Source of the DNA: Eledone cirrhosa
Lineage: Eukaryota
DNA: 64,000 nt
NCBI GenBank assembly: GCA_964016885.1
Contig: OZ024764.1
Coordinates: 14,942,001 to 15,006,000, forward strand
Direction of reading: 5' to 3'
Part shown: positions 41,545 through 55,481 of the stretch, piece after piece
Layout: each line of letters opens with the position of its first letter
Numbering within the stretch: the first letter of the stretch is position 1
Position numbers and translations under genes: made by a program
The notes under the pieces: generated by a model
Told to the model about the DNA's origin: nothing
The model's input: only the letters and a program-made list of their open reading frames with translations
The model's database searches: none

Positions 41545-42310
41545 TTTCATTTATTAGCCACAAGGGCTGACATGTAGGGGACAATATAAAGACAGGGACA
41601 GTGGAGGGTTTACAATAAGCTCAAGTGAAAGTACACAATGGCAAGGGCCAACATGTAGGGGACAATATAAAGACAGGGACAGTGGAGGGTTTACAATAAG
41701 CTCAAGTAAAAGTACACAATGGCAAGGGCCAACATATAGGGGACAATATAAAGACAGGGACAGTGGAGGGTTTACAATAAACTCCAGTAAAAGTACACAA
41801 TGGCAAGGGCCAACATATAGGGGACAATATAAAGACAGGGACAGTAGAGGGTTTACAATAAGCTCAAGTAAAAGTACACAATGGCAAGGGCCAACATATA
41901 GGGGACAATATAAAGACAGGGACAGTGGAGGGTTTACAATAAGCTCAAGTAAAAGTACACAATGGCAAGGACCAACATATAGGGGACAATATAAAGACAG
42001 GGACAGTGGAGGGTTTACAATAAGCTCAAGTAAAAGTACACAATGGCAAGGGCCAACATATAGGGGACAATATAAAGACAGGGACAGTGGGGGGGTTACA
42101 ATAAGCTCAAGTAAAAGTACACAATGGTAAGACTAGTTTAACAATGAAAATATAAAATAAACTATGTATAAATATAACAAAATAAATTCCTCAATAGTGG
42201 TGGGGGGGGGGACCCAGGGCTGACTCAGGTACCCCACCAATCCTGAACCACCCTGCGCTTCTAGGGCACTCGGGGAGAGCACCCCTCTCCTCCTCAAATT
42301 AACCAGCCTA
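41545..42310 (-). repeat. ~79-bp tandem array (~7 copies) within a Tx1-like 3' tail
   Basis: Unit ggggacaatataaagacagggacagtggagggtttacaataagctcaag..; flanks resemble 12030-13300. Confidence 0.75.
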
Positions 42311-43139
42311 GAAGTGCATGGTCAGAGTAGGCCCACTTACACGGGCCATTAATAATGGGACTGTCATGTGATCAAGGTGGTCCCGATTGTCATAGGAACA
42401 CTAGGGACTATCTCAAGGAGTTTCCAAGGAAGGTTAAAGGTTAAAGAACATTAGTCCAGCCCCGCTTTTTTGGAACACTTCAAAAGGCATGTTTGCTGGT
42501 AACAGCAAGAACCCTCTGAAACGTCCTGAATATCTGAGGCTGCAGGTAGCGACTTGATATTCATTTCAACAAACTTTCCAGTTAAATAACATCAATGACT
42601 GAGACTCAAATAATAATAATAATAAAAATAATTGTTTCTACTTTTGGCACAAGGCCAGCAATTTGGGGAGAGGGGGTCAACCCCAGCGCATTACTAGTAC
42701 TTTATTTTATCGAACTCGGCAGGATTTGAACTCAGAATGCAAAGGGACATAACTCTATGCCAAAAAGCATGGTACCTTCACTACATAATGGTTTCTACTA
42801 TTGGCACAAGGCCAGCAATTACCCAGTACATTACTGGTACTTTAGTTTATCGACCCCGTAAGGATGAAAGGCAAAGTTAACCTCGGCGGGATTTGAACTC
42901 AGTCCGTAAAGGGACGTAACTCTATGCTAGAAAGCATGGCGTCCAACACTCTACCGATACTGCCAGGTTTCTGATTAAGGCCCAAGGCCAAGAATTTGGG
43001 GGGGATGAGAAAGTTGAGGGGAGGCGGAGACATCTGGGAGTGGGCAGTGAACTCATGAACACCCCCCCCCCCAACAAAATGCCATTGTTATGCCGCCGCT
43101 ACCACCACAAACAACAACATCACGCATTTCTAATTGGTG

Positions 43140-43830
43140 ATAACACCACCACCACCACCACCACCACTATAACACCACCACCACCATCACCACCGCCACC
43201 ACCACTATAACACCACTACCACCACCACCACTATAACACCACCACCACCATCACCACCACCACTATAACACCACCACCACCATCACCACCACTATACCTT
43301 CACAACCACCACCACCACTATAACACCACCACCACCACCACTATAACACCACCACCACCACTACACCTTCACTAACACCACCACCACCACCACCACTATA
43401 ACACCACCACCACCACCACTATAACACCACCACCACCACCACCATAACACCACCACCACCACTATAACACCACCACCACCACTATAACACCATCACCACC
43501 ACTATAACACCACCACCACCACTACACCTTCACAACCACCACCACCACTATAACACCACCACCACTATAACACCACCACCACCACTATAACACCACCACC
43601 ACCACCACCACCACCACTATAACACCACCACCACCACCACTACCACTACACCTTCACAACCACCACCACCACAGCTCATACTACTACTACCACCTTCGTC
43701 ATACTTTATACACCTCCCATAAATCCATCTTTACCACGCCTACCACCACCACCAACACTACATCACACCACCACTACACCACCACCACCACCACCAACAC
43801 TACCACCACCACCACACACACCACACTCTC
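43140..43830. repeat. (ACC)n-rich microsatellite upstream of the gene B promoter
   Basis: Direct inspection. Confidence 0.9.
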
Positions 43831-43876
43831 CTCCCACCCACAACTGACACCCTCCTACCCCACCCCACATTACATG

Positions 43877-43943
43877 TATATATAGAGGGCAGCACTGTAG
43901 ATTCGTTGGTAGTGATTGTTCAGTTTCTACAAATATCCGTTAG
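43877..43943 (+). promoter_or_regulatory. Putative gene B TATA box, initiator and non-coding exon 1 (~43911-43943)
   Basis: TATATATAG at 43877, TTGGTAGT at 43906, donor TAG|GTAAGT at 43943/43944. Confidence 0.65.
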
Positions 43944-43974
43944 GTAAGTTTTTTTACCTGTCTACCTCTGTCTA

Positions 43975-44040
<66 letters not shown>

Positions 44041-44041
44041 G

Positions 44042-44108
<67 letters not shown>

Positions 44109-44111
44109 TAT

Positions 44112-44180
<69 letters not shown>

Positions 44181-44183
44181 TAT

Positions 44184-44232
<49 letters not shown>

Positions 44233-44235
44233 TAT

Positions 44236-44270
<35 letters not shown>

Positions 44271-44271
<1 letters not shown>

Positions 44272-44550
44272 ATATAAGATCAAAAGATGGTTAAAGGAGT
44301 TCCATGTATTTTATTATGCGCATTTCAAAAACAAACATCATCATGCAATAATATTTGTGTTTTCATCAGATAAAACAGGAGAACATGATATGAAGGCTAA
44401 AAAACACTTGTGGATAGTGCAGTTTTAAATCTACATGTTTTATCTGTTTTATCTGATGAAAACACAAATATTATTGCATGATGATGTTTGTTTTTGAAAT
44501 GCGCATAATAAAATACATGGAACTCCTTTAACCATCTTTTGATCTTATAT
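44271..44550. repeat. Fold-back palindrome (~105-bp arms) with a hammerhead motif in each arm
   Basis: Arms atataagatcaaaagatggttaaagg.. and ..cctttaaccatcttttgatcttatat. Confidence 0.9.
44447..44513 (+). ncRNA. Minimal hammerhead ribozyme motif (Penelope type)
   Basis: ttttat CTGATGA aaacacaaata..tgtttgttttt GAAA tgcgca TA ataaaa; palindromic stem III. Confidence 0.65.
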
Positions 44551-44638
44551 ATTATGTATACTCCAGTCCTACAAACTGTAGAGTGCTTCTTATCCGATAT
44601 CTGCATTGCTTTATTGTACTACAATAAAACTCACCTCC

Positions 44639-44728
<90 letters not shown>

Positions 44729-44918
44729 GTATATATATATATAATGTATATATATATATATATTTATATATATATAATGTATATATATATATATAATGTA
44801 TATATATATATATAATGTATATATATATATAATGTATATATATATATATAATGTATATATATATAATGTATATATATATATAATGTATATATATATATAT
44901 AATGTATATATATATATA

Positions 44919-45017
<99 letters not shown>

Positions 45018-45088
45018 ATGTATATATATATATATAATGTATATATATATATATATATATAATGTATATATATATATATATATATATA

Positions 45089-45135
<47 letters not shown>

Positions 45136-45223
45136 GTATGTATATATATATATATATATATATATAATGTATATATATATATATATATAATGTATATATA
45201 TATATATATAATGTATATATATA

Positions 45224-45260
<37 letters not shown>

Positions 45261-45316
45261 ATTTATATATATATATATATATATATGATATATATATATG
45301 ATATATATATATATAT

Positions 45317-45383
<67 letters not shown>

Positions 45384-45428
45384 ATCTGTCTATCTATTTG
45401 CCTATCTATCTATCCTTTAGGTTCCAAA

Positions 45429-46980
45429 ATGGAGAAGGTTTTTTTCCTTGCCATTACTTTGAGTGCTGGTAAGTCTGTCTTCTCTTTTCATCCATTTTTT
45501 CACACACACATACATATATACGCATACATATATTTATATACATACACACATATATATATTTATATACATACATATACACATATATTTATATACATACATA
45601 TACACATATATTTATATACATACACACATATTTATATACATATATTTATATACATATATTTATATACATACACACATATTTATATACATATACATACACA
45701 CACACATTTATATGCATATACATGGTGGCTGCCAACTCATTTTCGAGTACGGCCACTACTTTATATCCATGTAGGAGAACCCTATCGATGCGCTGAACGG
45801 GTGTGACTTTTTAGTCCAGCCAACGACTTGAAAACTCTGGTACAAACACTACACTTGTGACAATTATTGACACATAGTGCTGGGCCCATGGTACCCTGTG
45901 ACGACAAGTGCAGAGAGATTTCCAGATATAAAGCAATGCCTGTGCCGTGAAGCTTTTATAGTGAGCAAAGGCACTGCACAAAGCCAGTCCCACTCTCTTA
46001 ACCAAGATGATATTTACCAAAAAGAAGATCAAGTCAACATCATTGGATACCATCAGGGTTGCAGGTGTTATATCAGAGTTTTCCTTCTCCTAGAATTCTG
46101 CCTTGACAAAGGCTAAGGGGTCATACATATACACACATATTTATATAGAAAACAAAACCTGTCAAAAGGCAGAGGAACTCAGGAGAGTCAACAACCATCC
46201 AATAAAGTATTGTTTTTTGTGGAGCGAGAGACACCTAGTCTTCACTAAGACATCTCTCTAGAAGGTCACTCTTGTATAAAACCTATGACTTGTATCCAAT
46301 GATGTAGTCGAGTTCTTCTTTTGGGGTAAATTCATACGATGTTCAGAGAGTGGGGTTTGTGGAGTGAGAGACCCCCTGGTCTTCATTAAGACATCTCTCT
46401 AGAAGGTCACTCTTGTATAAAACCTATGACTTGTATCCAATGATGTAGTCGAGTTCTTCTTTTGGGGTAAATTCATACGATGTTCAGAGAGTGGGATGGA
46501 TGGAGTGAGAGACCCCCTGGTCTTCATTAAGACATCTCTCTAGAAGGTCACTCTGATATAAAAACTGTGACTTTGTTTGCATGCAATGATGTAGACCAGT
46601 TCTACTTTTTGGACAAATGAATTCAATGTTCAGAGAGAGGGACTGCCCCCGCCCCTCCCCAATACAAAGCCTTTCCTCACTTAAAAAAGCTTTAAACACA
46701 GACATTGCTTGATGTGTGACATTTTTCTGTGATGCATGGCATTGCTGGCCATAGGCAAGTCCCTAGCAGGACTAAAATGCCATGTCGGTGATGCTCATAC
46801 TTAAGTATCAAGTGTTGGCATTACACGAAATAGATTTGCAGCCATCATCATCATCATATAGATACACACACATACATGTTTTCTTTCTTTTTCAGTCATT
46901 GGCTTATGTTTTGGGCATCCTCTAGCTGAGCCCACAGGTCAGTAATTCTTTTTGTTTTTGTATGATAGAGATATAGCGGT

Positions 46981-47034
<54 letters not shown>

Positions 47035-47465
47035 TATATCACCCGTCCCTTCAATCTTTCTAATTTTTCATTCTTTCTTCTGATAAAGGACTAGCATCCG
47101 AAACATCAAGACCCTAATATATTCCTTCCATATACTGTACCGATTGTGTTGTTATTTGTTTACCTTTTACATACTTTATTATATATATATATATATATGT
47201 ATGTCCATAGAATCATTTGATAAGATATATACACCATTTCCTCTCCCAATCAGCGTAATCAACCACACAAAACCAATTAAACCAGGCTATAAGATTAAAA
47301 GACACCTATAAAGAAATTATAGAGAAATTATAGAGAAATAAACGACAGCCATCTATTCACGATCAACAGCCATAGAGTATTTACCCAGCATTTCCAATAG
47401 CACGTGGGAATTGATTAAATATATCATCAACCATACACAATTAGGTATAATATTAAAGTTAGAAG

Positions 47466-47497
<32 letters not shown>

Positions 47498-48409
47498 CAT
47501 CATCATCATCATCTTCATTTAACGTCCATTTTCCACGCTAGCATGGGTTATATAATAATAAAAGGACGATTTGTTAAGCCTTTATTACGTTTATTGATTG
47601 GTGATGTGTGTTTCGCTATTGATCAGCTCAAGGTTTGATCCGTATCGATCTAGACCGACTCTGGAATCAAAATATATATATTTCTGAGGATTTCCTTCGA
47701 ACGAAACAGTTCTTGTCCTGTAGAAGCTATTTCTATATTAAATAAATAAATATATATATATATCATCATCATCATCATTTCATTTTACGTCCGCTTTTGC
47801 CTGCTTGCAAGGATGGGACAGGAAATGATTCTGGCTTGATTTCTACAGCTGGATGCCCTTCCTAACACCAACCTCATTTACAGTGAGTGCTGGGTGCTTT
47901 TTTGCCGTGGCACCTCCACGACCACTTTGCAGTGGAATGATAGGGACCCCAGTCCCTATCATCTCATTTCTACAGCTGAGTAAACTGGAGCAATGTGAAA
48001 TAAAGTGTCTTGCTCAAGGAAACAACACATCACCCGAGAATTGAACTCACAAACTTACATAGAGCACTCTTCACTCCTATGACTTTTTCAATTTTCAACG
48101 GAAACTTCAATACATATATATATAATATTGCCAGAATTAATAACGGAACACACTCACTGTTTGGTTGGTTTTCGCTTCTGTATCCCTTATATCAGTTGGT
48201 CAGTCAATGGTAAACATTGAGGACCGAATAAATTAACTATGGAGATATAAAAGATACAGAAGCGAAAACCAACCAAACAGTGAGTGTGTTCTGTTATTAA
48301 TTCTGGCAATATCATTACATCAATATGACCCTCCCCAAGTATATATATATATAGCCGTTGAAACAGCTCAAGCTCTGCCGTCGGGGTTTTGAACATTTTC
48401 CTGTGTATG

Positions 48410-48440
<31 letters not shown>

Positions 48441-48446
48441 GTGTAT

Positions 48447-48516
<70 letters not shown>

Positions 48517-48531
48517 GTGTGTGTATGTATG

Positions 48532-48588
<57 letters not shown>

Positions 48589-48670
48589 GTGTGTGTATGT
48601 ATGTATATATATATATATAAATATATATATATATGTGTGTGTATGTATATATATATATATGTGTGTGTGT

Positions 48671-48707
<37 letters not shown>

Positions 48708-48855
48708 TGTGTATATATAAATATATATATATATATATGTGTGTATATGTAGGAGGTGAGTTTTATTGTAGCACAATAAAAGCATTGCTTTATTGTGCAA
48801 TACACACATATATATATATATTTATATATACACAAACATATATATATATATATAA

Positions 48856-48902
<47 letters not shown>

Positions 48903-48970
48903 AGTAGCACTCCACAGTTTATAGGACTGGAGTATAAAAATAATATAAGATCAAAAGAATTTTATTATGC

Positions 48971-49018
<48 letters not shown>

Positions 49019-49218
49019 AAGGCGGGTAAAATTCCCGAGATCCATGGACGAGTTCTCTCCAGTGGTCTCTGTCCCTCATTATCGCTGCCATGTCCTGCAT
49101 CTCCAACAGACCAGTGTCTGTCCTTAGGGCATCAACATATGTTAACCTTGGTCTTCCTCTTCTAGTGTGTCCATGTAGGGGCTCCCAAAGGAGCACTGAG
49201 TGCAATGTCAATACACAC

Positions 49219-49251
<33 letters not shown>

Positions 49252-49282
49252 CACAAACATATATATATATATATATATATAA

Positions 49283-49329
<47 letters not shown>

Positions 49330-49625
49330 AGTAGCACTCCACAGTTTATAGGACTGGGGTATAAAAATAATATAAGATCAAAAGTATTTTATTATGCATA
49401 TGTATATATATATATATATATATAGATGAGATTCTACAGGACTAGAACTGTTTCATTCTTTAGAAATCATCAGATTCCTGATGATTTCTAAAGAATGAAA
49501 CAGTTCTAGTCCTGTAGAATCTCATCTATATTAAAACTTTTATACTCTGCAATGTATTGAGTACCTTACTTACTGTGGTTACCTCCGATTCAACCCGGAA
49601 TAACGTATATATATATATGTGTGTA

Positions 49626-49665
<40 letters not shown>

Positions 49666-52609
49666 AACGAGTAGGACCCCGACGGCAGAGCTCAAGCCGT
49701 TTCGACGGCTAATTCAGTCCAGAATTAGCCGTCGAAACGGCTTGAGCTCAGCCGTCGGGGTCCTACTCGTTCCTATTACCCACTCTACTACCCTAAGTAT
49801 TGAGAACTTTGGTGCGTTATGGTCCATCTGGTTCCGTACCACATTTCCTTCGTTATATATATATATATATATATATCCTAAAAATGTATTATATTATTTT
49901 TTTCAGCTAAGCCAGGAAGTAGCGAAGTGGAACCCAATTATGGTAAGATAACTGTTTGTTACACATCACATTCATATATTCATTTTATTGTATTGTATTT
50001 GCTTTAACATACAGAACAAGAAAGCAGTATTGGAAAGCACTATAAATGTCAACTAGCTAAAGGAAAAACTAATATATTTTACTATAAATTGGTTAACATC
50101 TAAAAAAGAGAGAACACTCTGTAACGCTGTCCTATTTTCCCTTTCTTTCTTCTAGAAGTCCTTGCTCTTCCCCTCCTTTTCCTCTCATTTATAGTGCTTT
50201 CCAATATTGCTCTCTTTTTCTCTACATTTAACCCTTTAGCATATAAACCAGCCATATCTGGCCAAATTTCATTCACCTCTTTCTGTTCAAACCGGCCGTA
50301 ACTGGCTATATGTTGCCTCATCATATCTACAGATTGTGAGGAAACTAGAAAGTTTTAACCCTTTAGCATAAAAACCAGCCATATCCAGTCAGAATTCTCT
50401 CACCTCTTTCTGTTCAAACCGGCCGTAACCAGCCCCTCATACTGATGTTAAGGTATTGTTCTCAAAATAAATAGCATCAAAATCTCATAGATTCAATATT
50501 ATGTGAAGTAAAGCCCTTACCACAAAAATATAATAGTAAATATAGAGTAATGTAGATATTAGAGGATTAACCTAGCATTCCTTGCTCTTCCCCTGCTTTC
50601 CCTCTCATTTATGGCATTTATAGTGCTTTCCAATATTACTTTCTTTTTCTCTACATTGTATTGAACAACATTCTATATCTATCAAATAAATGCCTGTATT
50701 AAGAATAGAAATGGAAATGGAAGCTTAGCTGTAATATTTTTTTTACTATAATATAGTCTAATAATTGTTTCTACTTTTGGCACAAGGCCAGCAATTATCC
50801 CAGTGTATTACTGGTACTTTATTTTATCGACCCCCGTAAGAATGAAAGGCAAAGCTAACATTGGCGGGATTTGAACTCAGAAAGTAATGGGCCGTAACTC
50901 TACGTTGCAAAGCATAGCATCCAACCCTCTACTGATATTGCCAATCCACCGTCCCCTAAGATTGAACCCCAGACCAGGATCTCTACCGTCTGTTGGTGTC
51001 GCCTATCTTTGTGAAACCTTGGGTTATGGAATAATTGTATTGTGTTGTTTATTATATAATTATATATATATATTTTTTTTTTTTATATTATCATTATATA
51101 TCTATTTTTTAATATAATTATTATCACTTTTTTATATAATTATTATTTTTTTTATATTATCATTATATATCTATTTTTTAATATAATTATTATCACTTTT
51201 TTATATAATTATTTTTTTTTTTATATTATCATTATATATCTATTTTTTAATATAATTATTATCACTATTTTTTAATATAATTATTATATTTTTTTTAATA
51301 TTATCATTATTTTTTAATATAATTATTATCACTATTTTTTAATATAATTATTATATTTTTTAAATATTTTTTTTAATATTATCATTATTTTTTAATATAA
51401 TTATTATCACTATTTTTTAATATAATTATTATATCTTTTTAAATATTATTTTTTTTAATATTATCATTATTTTTTAATATAATTATTATATTTTTTTTTA
51501 TATTTTTTTTAATATTATCATTATTTTTTAATATAATTATTATCACTATTTTTTAATATAATTATTATATCTTTTTAAATATTATTTTTTTTAATATTAT
51601 CATTATTTTTTAATATAATTATTATATTTTTTTAAATATTTTTTTTAATATTATCATTATTTTTTAATATAATTATTAGCACTATTTTTTAATAATTATT
51701 AGATTTTTTTAAATATTTTTTTTTTAAATATTATCGTTATTTTTTAATATAATTATTATCACTATTTTTTAATATAATTATTATATTTTTTTAAATATTC
51801 TATTTTTTTTGCTCCTTTCCGCAGGGAAACCAAATGATATTTCATATCTTTATCAGTGGCTTTCGAGTCATCGAAAAACATTTCAACCTATGGCTCGGGT
51901 TCCTCAATGGCCTGCTTACCCAGAGCGAAATCGTATTCTGCCAGAACCAGTACCAGAAGTGAAACCAAAACCAGAAAATCTCTTTCCATACATTCCACCA
52001 CATGTACACAGACCACAGCCGGAAATTCCTCATGAACACGCACACAGACAGACCACACATACGGTCTCACAGACGAGATTTGACCACCAACACCCTCTGT
52101 ATCCGCAACTTCCACCACCACCACCGCACCCACCTGTTTTCCGGTTCCCGTATCCACAAATACCCATGAGTTATCCCAGGCCATACTTACCAATGATGAC
52201 GCCATCACCACCACCAATGTTGCCGTACGTCTTTCCAGTACATCCTGCGCTCCAGTTTCCACCTTTTTACCCGCAACAAAGGCAACCTTTCTTTCCGTTT
52301 AAACCCTCTTTCTTTCCCTTCCAACAACTGCAGCAGACTACTGTACCACACATGATGCTAAATAATGGACCATTTGACTATCAACCTAGGACCCAACCAG
52401 AGCTACAGCCACTACCAGAACCAGGAAAATTTGGGGGTTATTTTCCCATGAATAATAAACCCTATGTAACTGGTCGTATGCCCTTTGAATTCGGTTTAGC
52501 TGGAATTTTGAACAAACTCAAAAGAACCTCCGCTGGTTCACAACAATCACAGTTCTACCCGTTCGTACCAGTCACACCTAACAATGGAGATTATGTTAAT
52601 TATAATTAA
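45429..52609 (+). CDS. Gene B: secreted Pro/Gln/Phe-rich protein, 300 aa; join(45429..45468,46896..46937,49907..49942,51825..52609)
   Basis: cctttag|GTTCCAAA ATG..GCT G|gtaagt; tttcag|TCATT..ACA G|gtcagt; tttcag|CTAAG..TAT G|gtaaga; tccgcag|GGAAA..TAA. All joins phase 1, 903 nt in frame: [58 protein letters not shown]. Confidence 0.88.
45722..46122 (-). mobile_element. Non-autonomous RTE-derived element (copy 2)
   Basis: Reverse complement of 32543-32945. Confidence 0.75.
46220..46640. repeat. 141-bp tandem repeat, 3 copies
   Basis: agacatctctctagaaggtcactct at 46248, 46389 and 46530. Confidence 0.85.
47762..48052 (-). mobile_element. SINE with RTE-derived 3' tail
   Basis: SINE body as at 25358-25450 joined to an RTE 3' UTR; another copy at 55482-55804 (+). 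Confidence 0.75.
48125..48312. repeat. Fold-back inverted repeat (~60-bp arms)
   Basis: atattgccagaattaataac..cttctgtatc and gatacagaag..gttattaattctggcaatat. Confidence 0.88.
49423..49530. ncRNA. Palindrome carrying a hammerhead motif (+ copy at 49472-49522)
   Basis: agattc CTGATGA tttctaaagaat GAAA cag..ctg TA gaatct, mirrored on the minus strand. Confidence 0.65.
49661..49776. repeat. Fold-back palindrome (~55-bp arms) with a hammerhead 3' half
   Basis: cGAAA cggct tgagctc agccg TC ggggtcc; related pieces at 10930, 36040 and 48352. Confidence 0.85.
50228..50572 (-). mobile_element. TTAA-type MITE without minisatellite expansion (one end duplicated)
   Basis: ttaaccctttagcat at 50228 and 50354; single degenerate unit; ends gaggattaa. 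Confidence 0.7.
51050..51800. repeat. AT-rich degenerate minisatellite
   Basis: Recurring tttttaatataattattatcact. Confidence 0.85.
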
Positions 52610-52942
52610 CTAAATTAATTGACAGTACCTAACTAATTAAAATTAATTAATTAAATGGTTAGTTAGTTGAGTGATGGAAGTTGTACTAGTTATACTAGTT
52701 ATAATAAACCTAAATTAACTAACAGAAACTTATTAATAATTAATTAAAATTAATTAAAAGGTTACTTAGTTGATTGATAGCTAATTAGTTAATAACTTAA
52801 CTGACTTCGCAAATGAGGTAAAAATTAATGGTAACGAACAAAAAGCAAAGAATGAGAAAGAAGAAATTTTTTAAAATTTTCGTGAAGAAATTTCTGAGCT
52901 GAAGGAATTTTGCCAAAGAAAAGTAAGGAGCAATTTTATATC

Positions 52943-54372
52943 TTAACCCTTTAGCATTTACATTACTCTATATATACTATTGTATTTTCACAGTAAAGGC
53001 TTTACCTCACATAATATCTCACATAACATTTACATTACTCTATATATACTACTGTATTTTCACAGTAAAGTCTTTACCTCACATAACATTTACATTACTC
53101 TATATATACTATTGTATTGTCACAGTAAAGGCTTTACCTCACATAACATTTACATTACTCTATATATACTATTGTATTTTCACAGTAAAGGCTTTACCTC
53201 ACATAATATCTCACATAACATTTACATTACTCTATATATACTACTGTATTTTCACAGTAAAGTCTTTACCTCACATAACATTTACATTACTCTATATATA
53301 CTATTGTATTGTCACAGTAAAGGCTTTACCTCACATAACATTTACATTACTCTATATATACTATTGTATTGTCACAGTAAAGGCTTTACCTCACATAACA
53401 TTTACATTACTCTATATATACTATTGTATTGTCACAGTAAAGGCTTTACCTCACATAACATTTACATTACTCTATATATACTATTGTATTGTCACAGTAA
53501 AGGCTTTACCTCACATAACATTTACATTACTCTATATATACTATTGTATTTTCACAGTAAAGGCTTTACCTCACATAATATCTCACATAACATTTACATT
53601 ACTCTATATATACTATTGTATTTTCACAGTAAAGGCTTTACTTCACATAATATCTCACATAACATTTACATTACTCTATATATACTATTGTATTTTCACA
53701 GTAAAGACTTTACCTCACATAATATCTCACATAACATTTACATTACTCTATATATACTATTGTATTGTCACAGTAAAGGCTTTACCTCACATAATATCTC
53801 ACATAACATTGACATTACTCTATATATACTATTGTATTTTCACAGTAAAGGCATTACTTCACCTAATATCTCACATAACATTTACATTACTCTATATATA
53901 CTATTGTATTTTCACAGTAAAGGCTTTACCTCACATAATATCTCACATAACATTTACATTACTCTATATATACTATTGTATTGTCACAGTAAAGGCTTTA
54001 CCTCACATAATATCTCACATAACATTTACATTACTCTATATATACTATTGTATTTTCACAGTAAAGGCATTACTTCACCTAATATCTCACATAACATTTA
54101 CATTACTCTATATATACTATTGTATTTTCACAGTAAAGGCTTTACCTCACATAATATCTCACATAACATTTACATTACTCTATATATACTATTGTATTTT
54201 CACAGTAAAGGTTTTACTTCACATAATATCTCACATAATATTGAATCTATGAGATTTTGATGTTATTTATTTTGAGAACAATAACTTAACATCAGTATGT
54301 ATGGCCAGTTACAGCTGGTTTGAACAGAAAGAGGTGAGAGAACTCTGGCCGGTTTAAATGCGAAAGTGTTAA
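52943..54372 (+). mobile_element. TTAA/piggyBac-type MITE with 60/70-bp minisatellite (both termini present)
   Basis: TTAACCCTTTAGCATTTA ... TAAATGCGAAAGTGTTAA. Confidence 0.82.
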
Positions 54373-54750
54373 ATATTTATTATTACATCTGTCAGTAGGG
54401 CAGTGGATTAATCAACTTTCTCCTCCCCCCAAATTGTGGGCTTTGTGACTATATTAGAAACCATTATTAGTTTGGCAGTGGAATCAGTAGAGCGTCCGAC
54501 ACCATGCTTTACAGCATGGAGTTATGGCCCTTTACGTCCCGAATCAAAATAAAGTACCAGCAGTTCACTGGGGTCGATTGTATTGACCTTTACTTCCTCC
54601 CAAACTGTTGGTCTTGTGTCTAAATCAGAAACCAATAATATTTATTACGAGGTTAACTTTGCCTTTCATCCTCACAGGGTCAATAAAATAAAGTACCAGT
54701 AATGTATTGGGCTCGATTTTAATGTTACTTTTTTGCCATTTATTTTTCAG

Positions 54751-54960
54751 AACCAGATATGCAAAGAATATGCTGACAAGATAAAGAAAACCTTTACCAA
54801 AATCTGAAAATAATGGTACCGGTGTCTGATTGTTTGAAATTCTTCTGTTTTCCCGAGTTTTTCTTCAAATTTTGGTCAAAATTTCCTGCTCCACATAATT
54901 TGGTTCGCAAAATAAACTTTGCTTACTTTATAAAAATAAAAAATGTTGTTGTGTTCTTAT
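54751..54960 (+). other. Putative terminal 3'-UTR exon of gene B
   Basis: Candidate donors at 52817/52818 or 52922/52923; acceptor tatttttcag|; AATAAA at 54911 and 54935 followed by a GT-rich tract; an alternative AATAAA lies at 52703. Confidence 0.45.
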
Positions 54961-54963
54961 TTT

Positions 54964-55311
54964 TTAACCTTTTAGCATTTAAACAGGCCATAACTGGCTA
55001 GAATTTTCTAACCGCTTTCTGTTCAAACTGGCTGTAACTAACTGCTTATGCTGATGTTAAGGTATTGTTATCAAGATAAATAACATCAAAATCTCATAGA
55101 TTCAATATTATGTGAGGTAAAGCCTTTACTGTGAAAATACAATAGTATATATAGAGTAATGTAAATATTATGTGAGATATTATGTGAGGTAAAGTCTTTA
55201 CTGTGAAAATACAATAGTATATATAGAGTAATGTAAATATTATGTGAGGTAAAGTCTTTACTGTGAAAATACAATAGTATATATAGAGTAATGTAAATGT
55301 TAAAGGGTTAA
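54964..55311 (-). mobile_element. TTAA-type MITE, inverted, ~3 units
   Basis: TTAACCTTTTAGCATTTA ... TAAATGTTAAAGGGTTAA. Confidence 0.82.
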
Positions 55312-55481
55312 ATATACATAAAGATTTTGTGGTTTGAAAGCCACGACAATCCAGAGGTTTAGACAGAGAATATTTAAAATCATAAGAAACAGTGTTTGTT
55401 TGTTTACCTTAATTTATTCAAATATCCTGATATTTTGAGATTAATATCTCTTCTTCCGAGGACAATAAAGGAACTATAGTA

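Noticed and set aside
39216-41570. MASDPLPILPIHHP or YRYCQSTTLTWRPTL repeat proteins (tempting as a third Pro-rich gene)
   Set aside because: The unit matches a SINE 5' end on the opposite strand; two frames are open because the unit length is a multiple of 3; no signal exon
22492-52609. Calling genes A and B reflectins, suckerins or true SCPP/amelogenin homologs
   Set aside because: No reflectin M/FD-x5-MD motifs and no GGY or Ala-rich modules; intron phase is 1 rather than 0, so the similarity is compositional only
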